Below, in pieces: positions 53,672 to 63,999 of a stretch of 64,000 bases of DNA. Source of the DNA: Clostridia bacterium (GTDB taxonomy: Bacteria; Bacillota; Clostridia; Christensenellales; Aristaeellaceae). The notes beneath the pieces are model-generated. The model was not told the DNA's origin. It did not search any database and worked only from the letters and a program-made list of their open reading frames with translations. The translations under genes and the position numbers were made by a program. Within the stretch, counting starts at the first letter, position 1. Each line of letters opens with the position of its first letter. The DNA is taken from positions 14,795 to 78,794 of the forward strand of contig CAAGII010000016.1 in NCBI GenBank assembly GCA_900769875.1. Reading direction: 5' to 3'.

Positions 53672-55108
53672 TCAGCCGTTGGCGCGCGCAAGGGTGAATA
53701 CAAACGAGGCTCCCTCGCCCGGCGGGGTATCCTCCAGGACAATGCTCTGCCCGTGCATCTCCATGATGCGCTGACAGATGCTCAGCCCAAGGCCGGTTCC
53801 CTTGCCAGAGGTGTGGGCGCGATCCACCGTAAAGAAACGCTCGAACACACGCGGTCTGTCCTCGGGCAGAATACCGATGCCGGTATCCTTCACGCGCACA
53901 AAGCACCTATCGCCCTCGCGCCATGTCCGCAGGGTAATGGTGCCCCCCTCGGGCGTGAATTTAATCGCGTTGTCCACAAGATTGATGACCACCTGCTCGA
54001 TGCGGTCGCTGTCAGCGCTGACCATGCAGGGCTCAATCACAAAGTCGCACTCGATTTCCAGCTTCTTGCTCTCCAGCTCCGGCACCCGGCGGATGATCGC
54101 GCGGCGCAGCATCTCGCAGATATCAAAATTGTGGTACTCCAGCGCCGCGTCGTCGCGCTCCAGGCGCGACAGCACCAGCAGCGAGGTGATGAGCTTGTTG
54201 AGGCGGCGCGTTTCGTCGCCCACGATCGCAAGATAGTGCGCGTGCTCCTCCGGCGGGATGGTGCCGTCCTCCATGCCCTGCACGAAGCCGGCGATGGATG
54301 TGATGGGGCTGCGCAGCTCATGGCTGACGTTGGCCACAAACTCGCGGCGGCTCAGCTCCGTGATTTTCAGCTTGGCCGCCATGGTGTTGAAGGCGCGGGT
54401 CAGCTCCCGGATCTCGGGCGGCGCGTTGGGTGTTTTGGGAACCTCCACGTTGAAGTTGCCGTCCGCCATGTCCGCGCTCGCCTTGGTCAGCACGCGCAGC
54501 GGACGGATCGCCGAATCAATCAGCAGCGATATCACGGCGACCGCAAGCAGCATCACCAGCACGGCGAGCACGGCAATGGGCATCACCATATCGCCGATGC
54601 CCGACTCGATATGCTGCACGCGCGTCACGATCATCACGCCGATGTTCGTCTGCTGCATATGGTAAGGGATCGCGACCATGAACACGGGCAGGTCGCCGAT
54701 CCTCATGCGCTCCACAACCTCGCGTCCCTCATAGACCGCCATCTGCTTGTGCGCCACCAGATTGCTGTGCTTCGTCAGCGCTTCGGCCAGTTCAGGGTCG
54801 GAGGTGCTGAACACGGAATAGTTGGTCAGCGTGTTGTCGCCAAAATCGCTGATGACAAGGTAGGCGTTGTGCTCCTCATAGATCGTGGCCGCCTTCGCGT
54901 ACATCTGCTGCAGCGCCACGGCGTCCACACCTTCTGTGGCGGCGCAGCTCTTTTCAAAGAGCGTCGCAAGCTCCCGCGCGTCCTCCTTCAGCGCGTTCAG
55001 ACGGCTGTCGCGCTCGCGGTTGAACATGCTCGTCATATACACGACGGTCAAGCCGACGGTCAGAAGCAGGATCACCGCAACCACCACTGCAATGATTCGT
55101 TTGTACAA
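53672..55108 (-). CDS. sensor histidine kinase (TM-HAMP-HisKA-HATPase)
   Basis: The H-box is SHELRSPITSIAGF, the N-box is NLVDNAIKFTPEGG and the G-box is GTGLGLSICQRIM. The start is TTG at 55108. Confidence 0.88.
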   Translation of the reverse strand: MYKRIIAVVVAVILLLTVGLTVVYMTSMFNRERDSRLNALKEDARELATLFEKSCAATEGVDAVALQQMYAKAATIYEEHNAYLVISDFGDNTLTNYSVFSTSDPELAEALTKHSNLVAHKQMAVYEGREVVERMRIGDLPVFMVAIPYHMQQTNIGVMIVTRVQHIESGIGDMVMPIAVLAVLVMLLAVAVISLLIDSAIRPLRVLTKASADMADGNFNVEVPKTPNAPPEIRELTRAFNTMAAKLKITELSRREFVANVSHELRSPITSIAGFVQGMEDGTIPPEEHAHYLAIVGDETRRLNKLITSLLVLSRLERDDAALEYHNFDICEMLRRAIIRRVPELESKKLEIECDFVIEPCMVSADSDRIEQVVINLVDNAIKFTPEGGTITLRTWREGDRCFVRVKDTGIGILPEDRPRVFERFFTVDRAHTSGKGTGLGLSICQRIMEMHGQSIVLEDTPPGEGASFVFTLARANG

Positions 55109-55122
55109 GCTTCCATCCCCCG

Positions 55123-55827
55123 TTACTTCTGCTCGAATTTATAGCCAACGCTCCAAATCGTGCGGATGCACCAGCCATACCTTTCGCTTTCGGGCAGCTT
55201 TTCACGCAGGCGCTTGATGTGAACATCCACCGTCCGACTGCTCTCGCCCACAAAGTTGTAGCCCCACACCTGCTCCAGCAGCTGCTCGCGGCTGAACACC
55301 TCGTTAGGATGGCTTGCCAGGAAGTACAGTACCTCCAGCTCCTTGGGGGGCATGTCCAGCGTTTTGCCCTCGTACTGCACCTCGTACCTCGCAAGGCTAA
55401 TGGACAGCCCGGCATAGGTCAGCGTGTCGCCGGCGGGCTTCGCGGGCTCCTCCGGGGTCTGCGCGCGGCGAAGCACTGCCTTCACGCGCGCGATCAGCTC
55501 CTTGGTGTCAAAGGGCTTGGTGATGTAATCGTCCGCGCCCAGCTCCAGCCCCAGCACCTTGTCGAAGGTATCCTCCTTGGCGGTCAGCATGATGATGGGC
55601 ATCGCGCTCGTGCGCCGTACCTCCTTGAGCACCTGCCAGCCGTCCATGCCGGGCAGCATCACATCCAGCAGCATCAGATCGGGCCTGTCATGCGTGAATG
55701 CCGCTACGGCGTCGTCACCGCGCTGCGCGGTTTCCACCTCGTAGCCCTCCTTCTCAAGGTAAAGCTGTACCAGACGGGCAATGTTCACATCGTCGTCCAC
55801 CAGCAGAATCCGTGTTTTGTCCTTCAT
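55123..55827 (-). CDS. OmpR-family response regulator (canonical receiver)
   Basis: It reads RILLVDDDVNIARL...DLMLLDVMLPGMDG...IIMLTAKED...GADDYITKPF, followed by a winged-helix C-terminus. Confidence 0.9.
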   Translation of the reverse strand: MKDKTRILLVDDDVNIARLVQLYLEKEGYEVETAQRGDDAVAAFTHDRPDLMLLDVMLPGMDGWQVLKEVRRTSAMPIIMLTAKEDTFDKVLGLELGADDYITKPFDTKELIARVKAVLRRAQTPEEPAKPAGDTLTYAGLSISLARYEVQYEGKTLDMPPKELEVLYFLASHPNEVFSREQLLEQVWGYNFVGESSRTVDVHIKRLREKLPESERYGWCIRTIWSVGYKFEQK

Positions 55828-55854
55828 GGCGCTCCCTCGCTTTCTGTCGCCGCA

Positions 55855-58224
55855 TTACTTGAGCGTGACAATGGTCACGCCGCTTTCACCCTCGCCGTAC
55901 ACGCCAAGGCGGTAGCTTTTCACATGCGGATGCCGCCGCAGATCCTGCTGGATACCGCTGCGCAGCACGCCCGTGCCCTTGCCGTGGATGATGGACACCT
56001 CGCCCAGACCCTGCAGCACCGCCATATCCAGATACTGGCTCACCGCCATCAGCGCCTCGTCCAGCGCCATGCCACGCACGTCGCACTCCATGCCCACGCT
56101 GCGCTCCATCGCGCCGGTGCGCGCGGTCACGCTCGTCTGCTTCGCGCTTGCGGCGGGCTGCTTGAGCAGCCGCAGCTGGCTGATGTGCGCCTTGAATTTC
56201 ATGATACCGGCCTGCAGCTGAACCTCACCGCGCGCATCGGGCGCGGAAAGCACCGTACCCTGACTGCCGATGGTCAGGATCTCCACCTGATCGCCGGGCT
56301 TCACCGTTTTGGGCGCGACGCCGGTATCCACCTTCTGCCTGAGACCCTCGGACAGGCTGTCGACGCTCTCGTCCATGCGCTTGCGCAGCGCGTTGATCTC
56401 CGCGTCCGGCGCGGCGGCGCTCTTCTTCAGCCGCTTCAGATCGCTGATGATGCTGTCCGCCTCGCGCCTCGCCTGCTCCATCACGCGCTTTGCGTCCTCG
56501 CGCGCCTTGCGCATGCTGTTCTCGCGTTTTTCCTCCATCTCGCGGCGCAGCCTTTCAGCCTCATCGCGAAGGCGCACCGTCTCCTTGCTCGCCTCCTCTG
56601 CCAGCTGGCGCTCGCGCTCCGCAACCTGACGATGATACTCGGCGTTGGCGATCACATCCTCAAAGCGTACCGATTCGGTACTGAGCAGCTTTTTCGCCGC
56701 GTCGATCAAATTCTCCGGCAATCCCAGCTTGCGGCTGATTTCAAAGGCGTTGCTCTTGCCGGGTACGCCGATGGACAGGCGGTAGGTGGGGCGCAGCGTC
56801 TCCACATCGAACTCCACCGAGGCGTTCTCCACCCCGGGGGTGGACAGCGCGAAGGCCTTCAGCTCGCTGTAGTGCGTGGTGGCCAGCGTGCGGACATGAA
56901 TGTGCAGAAGCCTTGTCAGTATGCTCTGCGCCAGCGCCGCGCCCTCGGTGGGATCGGTGCCCGCGCCCAGCTCGTCAAAGAGTACCAGATCGCGCGGCGT
57001 GACCTCGTGCATGATGGTGACAATGTTGGTCATGTGCCCGGAGAAGGTGGACAGGCTCTGCTCGATGGACTGCTCGTCGCCGATATCGGCAAACACCTGC
57101 TCGAACACCGCAAGCTCCGTGCCCAGATCCGCCGGAACCTGCAAACCTGCCTGCGCCATCAGCGTGAAGAGCCCCACCGTTTTCAGCGTCACCGTTTTGC
57201 CGCCGGTATTGGGGCCGGTCACGATGAGCGTGGAGAACTCCCTGCCCATCCACAGATTGGAGGGCACGACCTTTTCAGGGTCAATCAGCGGATGTCTGCC
57301 GCGGATGATATTGATGAAACCCTGCTCGTTGAGCCGGGGCGTCACGCCGCGCATCTCGCGGCTGAGCAGACCCTTGGCAAAGATAAAGTCCAGCTCCGCC
57401 AGGCGCTTGACGTCCTCGCGCAGCTGCTCCGCGCAGGGGGCGACCGAGGCGCTCAGCGCGGCAAGGATGCGCTCAATTTCCTGCTTTTCCTTGATTTCCC
57501 ACTGCTTGAGCTCATTGCCCATCTCGACCGCCGCCATCGGCTCGATGAACAGCGTCGCGCCGGAGGTGGACTGGTCATGCACAAGACCCGGCACAGAGCC
57601 GCGGCATTCCGCCTTGACGGGCAGCACATAGCGGTTGTTGCGCATGGTGATGATGGGATCCATCAGGTATTTGCTGATGGTCGCGCTGTGCAGCATCTGG
57701 TTCAGCTTCTCCTTGATGCGCTCCGTCGCGCCGCGCAGGTGACGGCGGATGTTCATCAGCTCGCCGGACGCGCGGTCGGCGATTTCATCCTCGGAGATGA
57801 TCGCGTCGGTGATGTCCGTTTCCAGATGGCGCATGCTGCTGAGCATCGAGGCCATCGCGCTCAGGCGCGGCGTATTGTCGCGCCCCGTCACCAGCGCGTC
57901 GCGCGCGGCGCGAGATGCGCGGAGCATCTCCGCAATCTGCAGCAGCGCGCGCGGACTGAGCGTCGCGCCCTTCTCCGCCAGCGTCAGGGATGCGCTCACA
58001 TCCTCAAACCGCACCAGCGGATGCCCGCCGATATACTGCAGCACCACGGTGGCCTCCTCGGTCTCCTGCTGCCACGCAAGCACCTCGGGCAGATTGCAGC
58101 TTGGCTCCAGCTCCATGCAGCGGGCGGCGCCCATATCGGTCAGCGCCTTTGCCGCCAGCATTTCGCGTATTTTGGTAAACTCCAGCACGCGCAGGGTGCG
58201 CTGCTGCATGGGGGTCTGTATCAT
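55855..58224 (-). CDS. mutS2: endonuclease MutS2 (MutS-family ATPase with a C-terminal Smr domain)
   Basis: The Walker A motif is GPNTGGKTVTLKTVGL, and FDELGAGTDP is present. The C-terminal Smr domain reads DVRGMALDEALMAVSQYLD...IIHGKGTGVLR. Confidence 0.95.
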   Translation of the reverse strand: MIQTPMQQRTLRVLEFTKIREMLAAKALTDMGAARCMELEPSCNLPEVLAWQQETEEATVVLQYIGGHPLVRFEDVSASLTLAEKGATLSPRALLQIAEMLRASRAARDALVTGRDNTPRLSAMASMLSSMRHLETDITDAIISEDEIADRASGELMNIRRHLRGATERIKEKLNQMLHSATISKYLMDPIITMRNNRYVLPVKAECRGSVPGLVHDQSTSGATLFIEPMAAVEMGNELKQWEIKEKQEIERILAALSASVAPCAEQLREDVKRLAELDFIFAKGLLSREMRGVTPRLNEQGFINIIRGRHPLIDPEKVVPSNLWMGREFSTLIVTGPNTGGKTVTLKTVGLFTLMAQAGLQVPADLGTELAVFEQVFADIGDEQSIEQSLSTFSGHMTNIVTIMHEVTPRDLVLFDELGAGTDPTEGAALAQSILTRLLHIHVRTLATTHYSELKAFALSTPGVENASVEFDVETLRPTYRLSIGVPGKSNAFEISRKLGLPENLIDAAKKLLSTESVRFEDVIANAEYHRQVAERERQLAEEASKETVRLRDEAERLRREMEEKRENSMRKAREDAKRVMEQARREADSIISDLKRLKKSAAAPDAEINALRKRMDESVDSLSEGLRQKVDTGVAPKTVKPGDQVEILTIGSQGTVLSAPDARGEVQLQAGIMKFKAHISQLRLLKQPAASAKQTSVTARTGAMERSVGMECDVRGMALDEALMAVSQYLDMAVLQGLGEVSIIHGKGTGVLRSGIQQDLRRHPHVKSYRLGVYGEGESGVTIVTLK

Positions 58225-58248
58225 GGTGTTCTCCTTATCGGCAGAGGC

Positions 58249-60534
58249 TCAATCCACCGCGCGGTTCCAGTGCCCCTGCGTGGTTCTGTCGGGAAGATCA
58301 TCAAGCGTCATTTCATCGGTCAGCTCAAGGAAGGGCGTGTAGCCCTGCGCGCTCACCTGCGCGCGCACGTCGGTCGGCAGCGCGTTCATCAGCCGCACAA
58401 GGCAGCCCTCCGGCAGCCGCTGGCGCAGCAGCGGATAGGCGTAGCCGCGCCTGTCCTCAAGGGTGGTACCGCGCAATGCGTCCGGCGCGTTCTGATCGCA
58501 CATCCGGCAGGCGGCATGCCCGGTTTCAAGCCCCAGCAGCGTCCGCGCGGGGCAGTGGTGCAGAAGCATCAGCTGGGTGCGCCCATAGGCCTGCACCAGG
58601 ATGGGCGGACGGCCGTCAAGCAGCGTTTTCAGCTCCTGCGCGGTCAGCTCGCAGCTGGCCGTCACAAACGCGCAGCCCGCGTCCAGCAGCAGCGCGGCTG
58701 CCCTGCGGTTCATAACCGGAATACCCATGCCCGCGCCAAAGGGCACGGGCCAGGAGGCGCCAAGCTGCCCTACGCTGCCAAGAACCACGCCGCCAAGCCT
58801 TCCCTTCCACCGCTCTGTCAGGCGCACAAGCATGCGGATGGTTGCTTCCTCGCAGGTGACGGGCAGGTGCAGCCACATGCCCTGCGGCATGGCCCGCAGC
58901 CCATCCGCGAGCGCTTCCTCGCGCCAGTCCTCGGGATACCACGCGATGCGCGCCCCTTCACCGGCAAGCTGCCTCGCAAGCGGCAACTGCGCCATCGTGC
59001 GCACCACGACAAGCGGCGGCACGTCGCGCGCCGGAAGGCTGCAGGGAGGCGCAGGCGTTTCCTCGCTCCGAGGATGCGCAAAGCGCTCCGCGCGCTTCTG
59101 CGCAAGCTGCGAAAGCGCCGTGCGGCGCACAGCGTTCAGCACGGAGACCGGTACGAAGGCGCGCTCCGTCTGCACCTCAAGGCGCCGCAGCGCAAAGGGC
59201 GTATCGCCTGTTTTCTCCATGCAGCGCCGCGCGTCCTCGAGCGTCATGGCGCGGCTTTTCGCCTCCTCGACCCGGTCGCCCTCAAAGGTCGCGAAGCTTT
59301 CACCGTCGCTGACGGTCAGGCGCAGCGCCTCGCCCGGAAGCGCCGACAGCCAGGCGTCCACCGGAATGGGCGGGATTGTCATCGCCCGCGCGCGGCTGAG
59401 CTGATCGCTGTCCGTCAGGCGGTATACCTGATCGCCGCTGCGCAGGCGCATATCGCCGCGGATGCGCAGCGTGGCGATGCCTCCCTGCGGCGTGTCCCTG
59501 CCCGCATAGATCATTTCCGCGTCGCCCGCGGCGGTGCGCAGCTGCAGTCCGTCGCCGTCGTGCAAATCAAGCGCAAGCCGAACCTTTGCCAGCTCTCCGC
59601 GCACCGACACCACATCGCCAAGGTACAGCCCGCTGTGGTTGACGCGGTCTTCGCAGATCACACCCGCGTCCTCCGTGCCCATGGCATAGCCGCGCATGAA
59701 GCCGCCGCGCTGGAAGATCTGCATGAGGTCCTGCATTTCCGCGCCGTCCGCCTTCTGAAAACAGCCGTTCACCACGCTGTCGATCGCCCGGCGGTAGCTG
59801 GAGGCGACCGCCGCCACATACTCGGGGCGCTTGAGGCGGCCTTCCAGCTTCAATGACGCCACGCCAGCCTTGGCAAGCCTGTCCACATCATTGCGCATGC
59901 ACACGTCGCGGGGCGACAGCCATGCGCCGCGCTTTCCGCGATAGGTATACTGAAGCCTGCACGGCTGCGCGCAGCGTCCGCGATTGCCGCTGCGCTCGCC
60001 CACCATGGACGAAAACAGGCATTCGCCGCTGACCGCCACGCATTGCGCGCCGTGTCCGAACACCTCGATTTCCAGCCCCTCAGATGCGCACAGCGCAATC
60101 TCGCTCAGGCTGCATTCCCTCGCCAGCACCACGCGCGTCATGCCCATGCGTTTTGCAAAACGCACGCCCGTCGCGTTGTGCAGCGCCATCTGCGTGGAGG
60201 CATGAATTGCAAGCGACGGGAAGCACGCCCTGCATAGGGCAAGCACGCCCAGATCCTGCACCAGCACCGCGTCCACGCGCGCGTCATTCAGGATGCGCAG
60301 CACGCGCAGAAGCTCGGGAAGCTCGCTGTCCTTCACGAGGGTGTTGACGGTCGCATGCACGCGCACATGATGGAGATGCGCGAAATGAACCGCCTCGCGC
60401 AGCTGCTCCTCGTCAAAATTGCCCGCGCCGGCTCGGGCGCTGAAGGCGGCGTAGCCCAAATAGACCGCGTCGGCGCCGGCGGCGACCGCCCGGTCAAGTG
60501 CCTCTCTGTTTCCGGCGGGGGCAAGGTTTTCCAT
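58249..60534 (-). CDS. U32 family peptidase-like protein (long form with C-terminal extension)
   Basis: The N-terminus ENLAPAGNREALDRAVAAGADAVYLG...VHATVNTL is typical of U32/PrtC-like proteins. A Cys-rich central region is present (GNRGRCAQPCR). Confidence 0.82.
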   Translation of the reverse strand: MENLAPAGNREALDRAVAAGADAVYLGYAAFSARAGAGNFDEEQLREAVHFAHLHHVRVHATVNTLVKDSELPELLRVLRILNDARVDAVLVQDLGVLALCRACFPSLAIHASTQMALHNATGVRFAKRMGMTRVVLARECSLSEIALCASEGLEIEVFGHGAQCVAVSGECLFSSMVGERSGNRGRCAQPCRLQYTYRGKRGAWLSPRDVCMRNDVDRLAKAGVASLKLEGRLKRPEYVAAVASSYRRAIDSVVNGCFQKADGAEMQDLMQIFQRGGFMRGYAMGTEDAGVICEDRVNHSGLYLGDVVSVRGELAKVRLALDLHDGDGLQLRTAAGDAEMIYAGRDTPQGGIATLRIRGDMRLRSGDQVYRLTDSDQLSRARAMTIPPIPVDAWLSALPGEALRLTVSDGESFATFEGDRVEEAKSRAMTLEDARRCMEKTGDTPFALRRLEVQTERAFVPVSVLNAVRRTALSQLAQKRAERFAHPRSEETPAPPCSLPARDVPPLVVVRTMAQLPLARQLAGEGARIAWYPEDWREEALADGLRAMPQGMWLHLPVTCEEATIRMLVRLTERWKGRLGGVVLGSVGQLGASWPVPFGAGMGIPVMNRRAAALLLDAGCAFVTASCELTAQELKTLLDGRPPILVQAYGRTQLMLLHHCPARTLLGLETGHAACRMCDQNAPDALRGTTLEDRRGYAYPLLRQRLPEGCLVRLMNALPTDVRAQVSAQGYTPFLELTDEMTLDDLPDRTTQGHWNRAVD

Positions 60535-60537
60535 GGA

Positions 60538-60807
60538 TCAGGGCTCCTTCTTCTGTGCCGCCTGCTCCCGCAGAGCAAGCAGCTCCCGGCGCAGACGCTG
60601 GTTTTCGTCCTGCGCGCGCATCAGCTCATCGCCCAGCGCAATGGCTGTCAGCACTGTGGCGGAGGGCACGGACATGCGCATCGCCGCCGCGGTTTCGTTC
60701 AGCTTGCGATCCACATACGCCGCGACACGGCGCAGATACGCCGGATCGTCCTCTGAAATCAGCGCAACCTCTTTCCCGGCTACGCGAACATAGGTTTTCT
60801 GCTTCAT
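60538..60807 (-). CDS. zapA: cell division protein ZapA
   Basis: The 89-aa sequence VRVAGKEVALISEDDPAYLRRVAAYVDRKLNE...TAIALGDELMRAQDENQRLRREL has the ZapA layout. It sits 3 nt upstream of the U32 gene, as in many Firmicutes. Confidence 0.75.
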   Translation of the reverse strand: MKQKTYVRVAGKEVALISEDDPAYLRRVAAYVDRKLNETAAAMRMSVPSATVLTAIALGDELMRAQDENQRLRRELLALREQAAQKKEP

Positions 60808-60822
60808 GGCTGCTCCTTCGGG

Positions 60823-60853
60823 AAAAAAGCGCAGGCGGCGTCATCCGCCATGC
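60823..60853 (-). terminator. intrinsic terminator after the cyclophilin gene
   Basis: The minus strand reads GCATGGCGG-atgacg-CCGCCTGC (one bulge) followed by GCTTTTTT. Confidence 0.55.
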
Positions 60854-60886
60854 CCGCGCCGTGTGTGTTTCGCAGCGTGCCGCGCG

Positions 60887-61405
60887 TCACAGCTGCTCAA
60901 AGGGATAGACCTCGCCATAGGTCTCCACGCGGATGGACTTCATCACCTGAGGCTCCAGCGGCTTGTCGCGGAAATCGCGGCGAACCTTCACGATCTGCAT
61001 TGCCACATCCAGACCTTCAGTCACCTTGCCGAAGGCGGCATACTGGCCGTCCAAATGCGGGCTGGTGCTGGTCATGATGAAGAACTGGCTGCCAGCCGAA
61101 TCGGGCATCATGCTGCGCGCCATGCTCAGCACGCCCTCGGTATGCTTGAGGGGATTGGGCACGCCGTTGATGGCAAACTCGCCCTTGATGTGGTAGCCCG
61201 GGCCGCCGGTACCCACGCCGTTGGGGTCGCCGCCCTGAATCATGAAGCCGGGAATCACACGGTGAAAGGTCAGTCCGTCATAGAAGCCGCTGTTTGCCAG
61301 CGCGATAAAATTGCCCACGGACTGGGGCGCGATTTCGGGGTACAGCTCGCCCTTCATCTCGCGGCCGTCCATCATGGTAATCACAAACTCAGGCTGCTTC
61401 GCCAT
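60887..61405 (-). CDS. ppiB: cyclophilin-type peptidyl-prolyl cis-trans isomerase
   Basis: It carries [15 protein letters not shown] and SMARS...DSAGSQFFI, both cyclophilin signatures. Confidence 0.9.
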   Translation of the reverse strand: MAKQPEFVITMMDGREMKGELYPEIAPQSVGNFIALANSGFYDGLTFHRVIPGFMIQGGDPNGVGTGGPGYHIKGEFAINGVPNPLKHTEGVLSMARSMMPDSAGSQFFIMTSTSPHLDGQYAAFGKVTEGLDVAMQIVKVRRDFRDKPLEPQVMKSIRVETYGEVYPFEQL

Positions 61406-61462
61406 ATCAGCAATCTCCTTTCAAAGCGCGCCGCCATCCGGCAGCGCATGCACCTGTTTCTT

Positions 61463-61491
61463 ATTGTACCAGCAATGCGCGAGGTTTGCAA
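61463..61491 (-). promoter_or_regulatory. sigma-A promoter (extended -10) of the cyclophilin gene
   Basis: The minus strand reads TTGCAA (61491-61486), a 17-nt spacer ending in TGG, then TACAAT (61468-61463). Confidence 0.55.
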
Positions 61492-61522
61492 GCGTTCAGG
61501 CATAATTCCGTCTCTGTCCGCG

Positions 61523-62956
61523 TCAATCCTGCAGGAACAGGTCGCGCTTTCGCTGCGTCATTTCATCCACGCGCGCGATGTACTGCTCAATGTTGGCCAC
61601 ATTGGGCGCGCGTCCGATGCGTCCCTCCTCGGGATAAACGCGCTTGCTGATTCCGCCCGCACCCAGCGCAAGGATGTGCGTGGTTTCCTCCATGATATCC
61701 ACATTGTACTGGCAGGCATGCCCGGGCAGCGCATAGCCCACGTTCTCCTGATTACCGGCCATGTATTTCTGCCGGTAGAGATAATACGCACGCATGCCAA
61801 GGCGCGCGGCGGTCTCCTGACCCATGCGCACCATCGCCGCGGCGGTTTCGCCATCCGGCAGAGGCGCGTTCTCCAGATGCATCCTGCTGGAACGCTTGAT
61901 GGCCAGCGTATGCACGGTCAGGCTCTCAGGACGGAGCTGCAGCGCGCCCTCCATGGTACGGGCGAAGTCCTCCAGTCCCTCGCCCGGAAGCCCCGCGATG
62001 ACGTCCATATTGATGTGCCCCATACCCACCTCACGCGCGAGCGCATAGGCATCCAGCACCTGCTGCGCGGTGTGCGCGCGCCCGATCACACGCAGCGTGC
62101 GGTCGTTCATGGTCTGGGGATTGATGGAGATGCGCGTCACGCCGCTCGCCCTGATGGCCTCCAGCTTGCCGCGCGTGATCGTATCAGGCCGGCCTGCCTC
62201 CACCGTATATTCGCAGGCTCCGGGAAAGAGCCGCGTCATATGCGCAAGCAGGCGCGCAAGCTGATCCTCACTCAGCGAGGTCGGCGTACCGCCGCCCATG
62301 TACACCGCCCGGAGCGTACGCCCTGTGGCGGCAAGGATGTCCCTCGCCTGCTCCATTTCGCGCATCAGAGCCGCAAGATAAGGCTCCACAAGCCTCCCGT
62401 TGCCCAGTTCACCCGATGAAAACGAGCAGTAGGCGCACCGCGTGGTGCAAAAGGGAATGCCGATGTACACATCCATCCACCCATCGGACGGCAGTGGAAG
62501 CTGGCGCTGCGTTTCCACAATTTCCCTGAGCAGCCTCGCCTTTTCCTCCGTCACATCAAACGCCCGCTGCACCTGCTCTGTCGCCTGCGCCATATCCAGC
62601 CCGGATTCCAGCGCCTCGTAGAACAGGCGTGTCGGGCGGATGCCCGTCAGGCTGCCCCATGGGGGATGCATGCCGGTCAGGCGGCGGCAGAGGCGGTACA
62701 GCGTCTGCCGCAGAAGGCGGCGCACGGCGCGCTTGCGGTGCAGCTCGCGCAGCCGCGCGTCATCGTCCTGCGGGATCGGAGCCGCCGCTTCCTCGCGCAG
62801 CCCGTCCGCCTCGACGGCGCAGCGGAATTCCTGCGCTTCCTCCAGCACCTGCCAGCGGTAGCGGGGCTGCTCCCAGTCGCTGTCGGGCAGGGAGAACAAT
62901 CGCGTGACGTTGGTCAGATCCGGCTGGATATCCGTCAGGTATGCATCCACGCTCAT
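61523..62956 (-). CDS. hemZ: radical SAM coproporphyrinogen-dehydrogenase-like protein (HemZ/HemN family)
   Basis: The radical-SAM motif GIPFCTTRCAYCSF is present, along with GGGTPTSL and a HemN-like C-terminus. At 477 aa with the N-terminal extension, it is typical of HemZ. Confidence 0.75.
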   Translation of the reverse strand: MSVDAYLTDIQPDLTNVTRLFSLPDSDWEQPRYRWQVLEEAQEFRCAVEADGLREEAAAPIPQDDDARLRELHRKRAVRRLLRQTLYRLCRRLTGMHPPWGSLTGIRPTRLFYEALESGLDMAQATEQVQRAFDVTEEKARLLREIVETQRQLPLPSDGWMDVYIGIPFCTTRCAYCSFSSGELGNGRLVEPYLAALMREMEQARDILAATGRTLRAVYMGGGTPTSLSEDQLARLLAHMTRLFPGACEYTVEAGRPDTITRGKLEAIRASGVTRISINPQTMNDRTLRVIGRAHTAQQVLDAYALAREVGMGHINMDVIAGLPGEGLEDFARTMEGALQLRPESLTVHTLAIKRSSRMHLENAPLPDGETAAAMVRMGQETAARLGMRAYYLYRQKYMAGNQENVGYALPGHACQYNVDIMEETTHILALGAGGISKRVYPEEGRIGRAPNVANIEQYIARVDEMTQRKRDLFLQD

Positions 62957-63528
62957 CCGCCGTGACCTCCGTACAGGGTGTGATCGCGCAGCAGCGGAGC
63001 AAGCCGCCGCAGAGACGCCTCCATCTCCTCATCGCTGCCGCCGGGAAGGTCGGTGCGTCCATACCCCATGGCAAAGACCGTGTCGCCGGAAAAGAGACAG
63101 CCATCGGCTTCATAGCACACGCTGCCGGGCGTATGTCCCGGTGTGTGCAGCACGCGCAGCGTCACACCGGCATAGGTCAGCAGCTCGCCCTCGCCCGCAA
63201 GGCGGGTGGCGCGCGCGCAGGTGACCGTATCGTTCACCATCCATGAGGCGTTCAGCGCAGGATCACGCAGCATGTCCGCGTCCAACGGATGCACCACAAG
63301 CTCGCAGCCGTCCCCAAGCAGTGCGTCCACCGCGCCGATGTGGTCGAAGTGTCCGTGTGTCAGCAGGATCGCCGCGATTCGCCTCTCCCCGGCCGCCGCA
63401 CGGATGCGCCCGGGATCCGCGCCGGGATCAATCACAATGCAGTCGTCCCGCCCCTGCCGGTACAGCAGGTAGCAGTTGGTGCCAAGCAGGCCCACGCTCA
63501 CGCGGTGGATGCGCAAATCATTGTCCAT
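62953..63528 (-). CDS. MBL-fold metallo-hydrolase
   Basis: It carries LLTHGHFDHIGAV (the HxHxDH motif), HTPGHTPGS and a C-terminal GDTVF. An ATGA overlap links it to hemZ. Confidence 0.85.
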   Translation of the reverse strand: MDNDLRIHRVSVGLLGTNCYLLYRQGRDDCIVIDPGADPGRIRAAAGERRIAAILLTHGHFDHIGAVDALLGDGCELVVHPLDADMLRDPALNASWMVNDTVTCARATRLAGEGELLTYAGVTLRVLHTPGHTPGSVCYEADGCLFSGDTVFAMGYGRTDLPGGSDEEMEASLRRLAPLLRDHTLYGGHGG

Positions 63529-63543
63529 CTGTGCAGCTCCTTG

Positions 63544-63999
63544 TCAAAACGCTTTGGAGGAATCCATCAGGATGGTCACGGGGCCGTCGTTGACCAGCGA
63601 CACCTTCATATCCGCGCCAAAGCGTCCGGTTTCCACATGAATGCCCTGCGCGCGCCACGCCTCTACCAGCTGCTCATACATGGGGTTCGCCTTTTCGGGC
63701 CGCGCCGCCGTGATGAAGGACGGCCGGTTTCCGCCGCGCGCGTCGCCATAGAGCGTGAACTGACTGATCGCAAGCATCTCGCCGCCCACATCCTTCAGGC
63801 TCAGGTTCATTTTGCCCGCATCGTCCTCAAACACGCGGAGCTTGGGCACCTTCTCCGCCATGTACCTCAAATCGCGCTCCGTATCGTCCGCATGCACGCC
63901 GATGAGCACCATGAAGCCCCTTGCGCAGCGGCCGATGACCTCGCCGTCCACCGCGACGGAGGCTTCGGTCACGCGCTGTACCACACAACGCACTGTCAA
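63544..63999 (-). CDS. dtd: D-aminoacyl-tRNA deacylase
   Basis: It reads [38 protein letters not shown] and a VNDGPVT end, all classic Dtd strings. The start may be TTG 63999 or GTG 63993, right at the window edge. Confidence 0.9.
   Translation of the reverse strand: MTVRCVVQRVTEASVAVDGEVIGRCARGFMVLIGVHADDTERDLRYMAEKVPKLRVFEDDAGKMNLSLKDVGGEMLAISQFTLYGDARGGNRPSFITAARPEKANPMYEQLVEAWRAQGIHVETGRFGADMKVSLVNDGPVTILMDSSKAF

Noticed and set aside
55219-59856. A 1545-aa plus-strand ORF, the longest in the window, spans the regions antisense to the response regulator, mutS2 and U32 genes.
   Set aside because: The opposite strand encodes three proteins with unmistakable family motifs. The plus-strand translation is R/A/G/H/L-rich low-information sequence with no motif, start context or RBS. 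This is the typical stop-codon-poor antisense frame of high-GC DNA.
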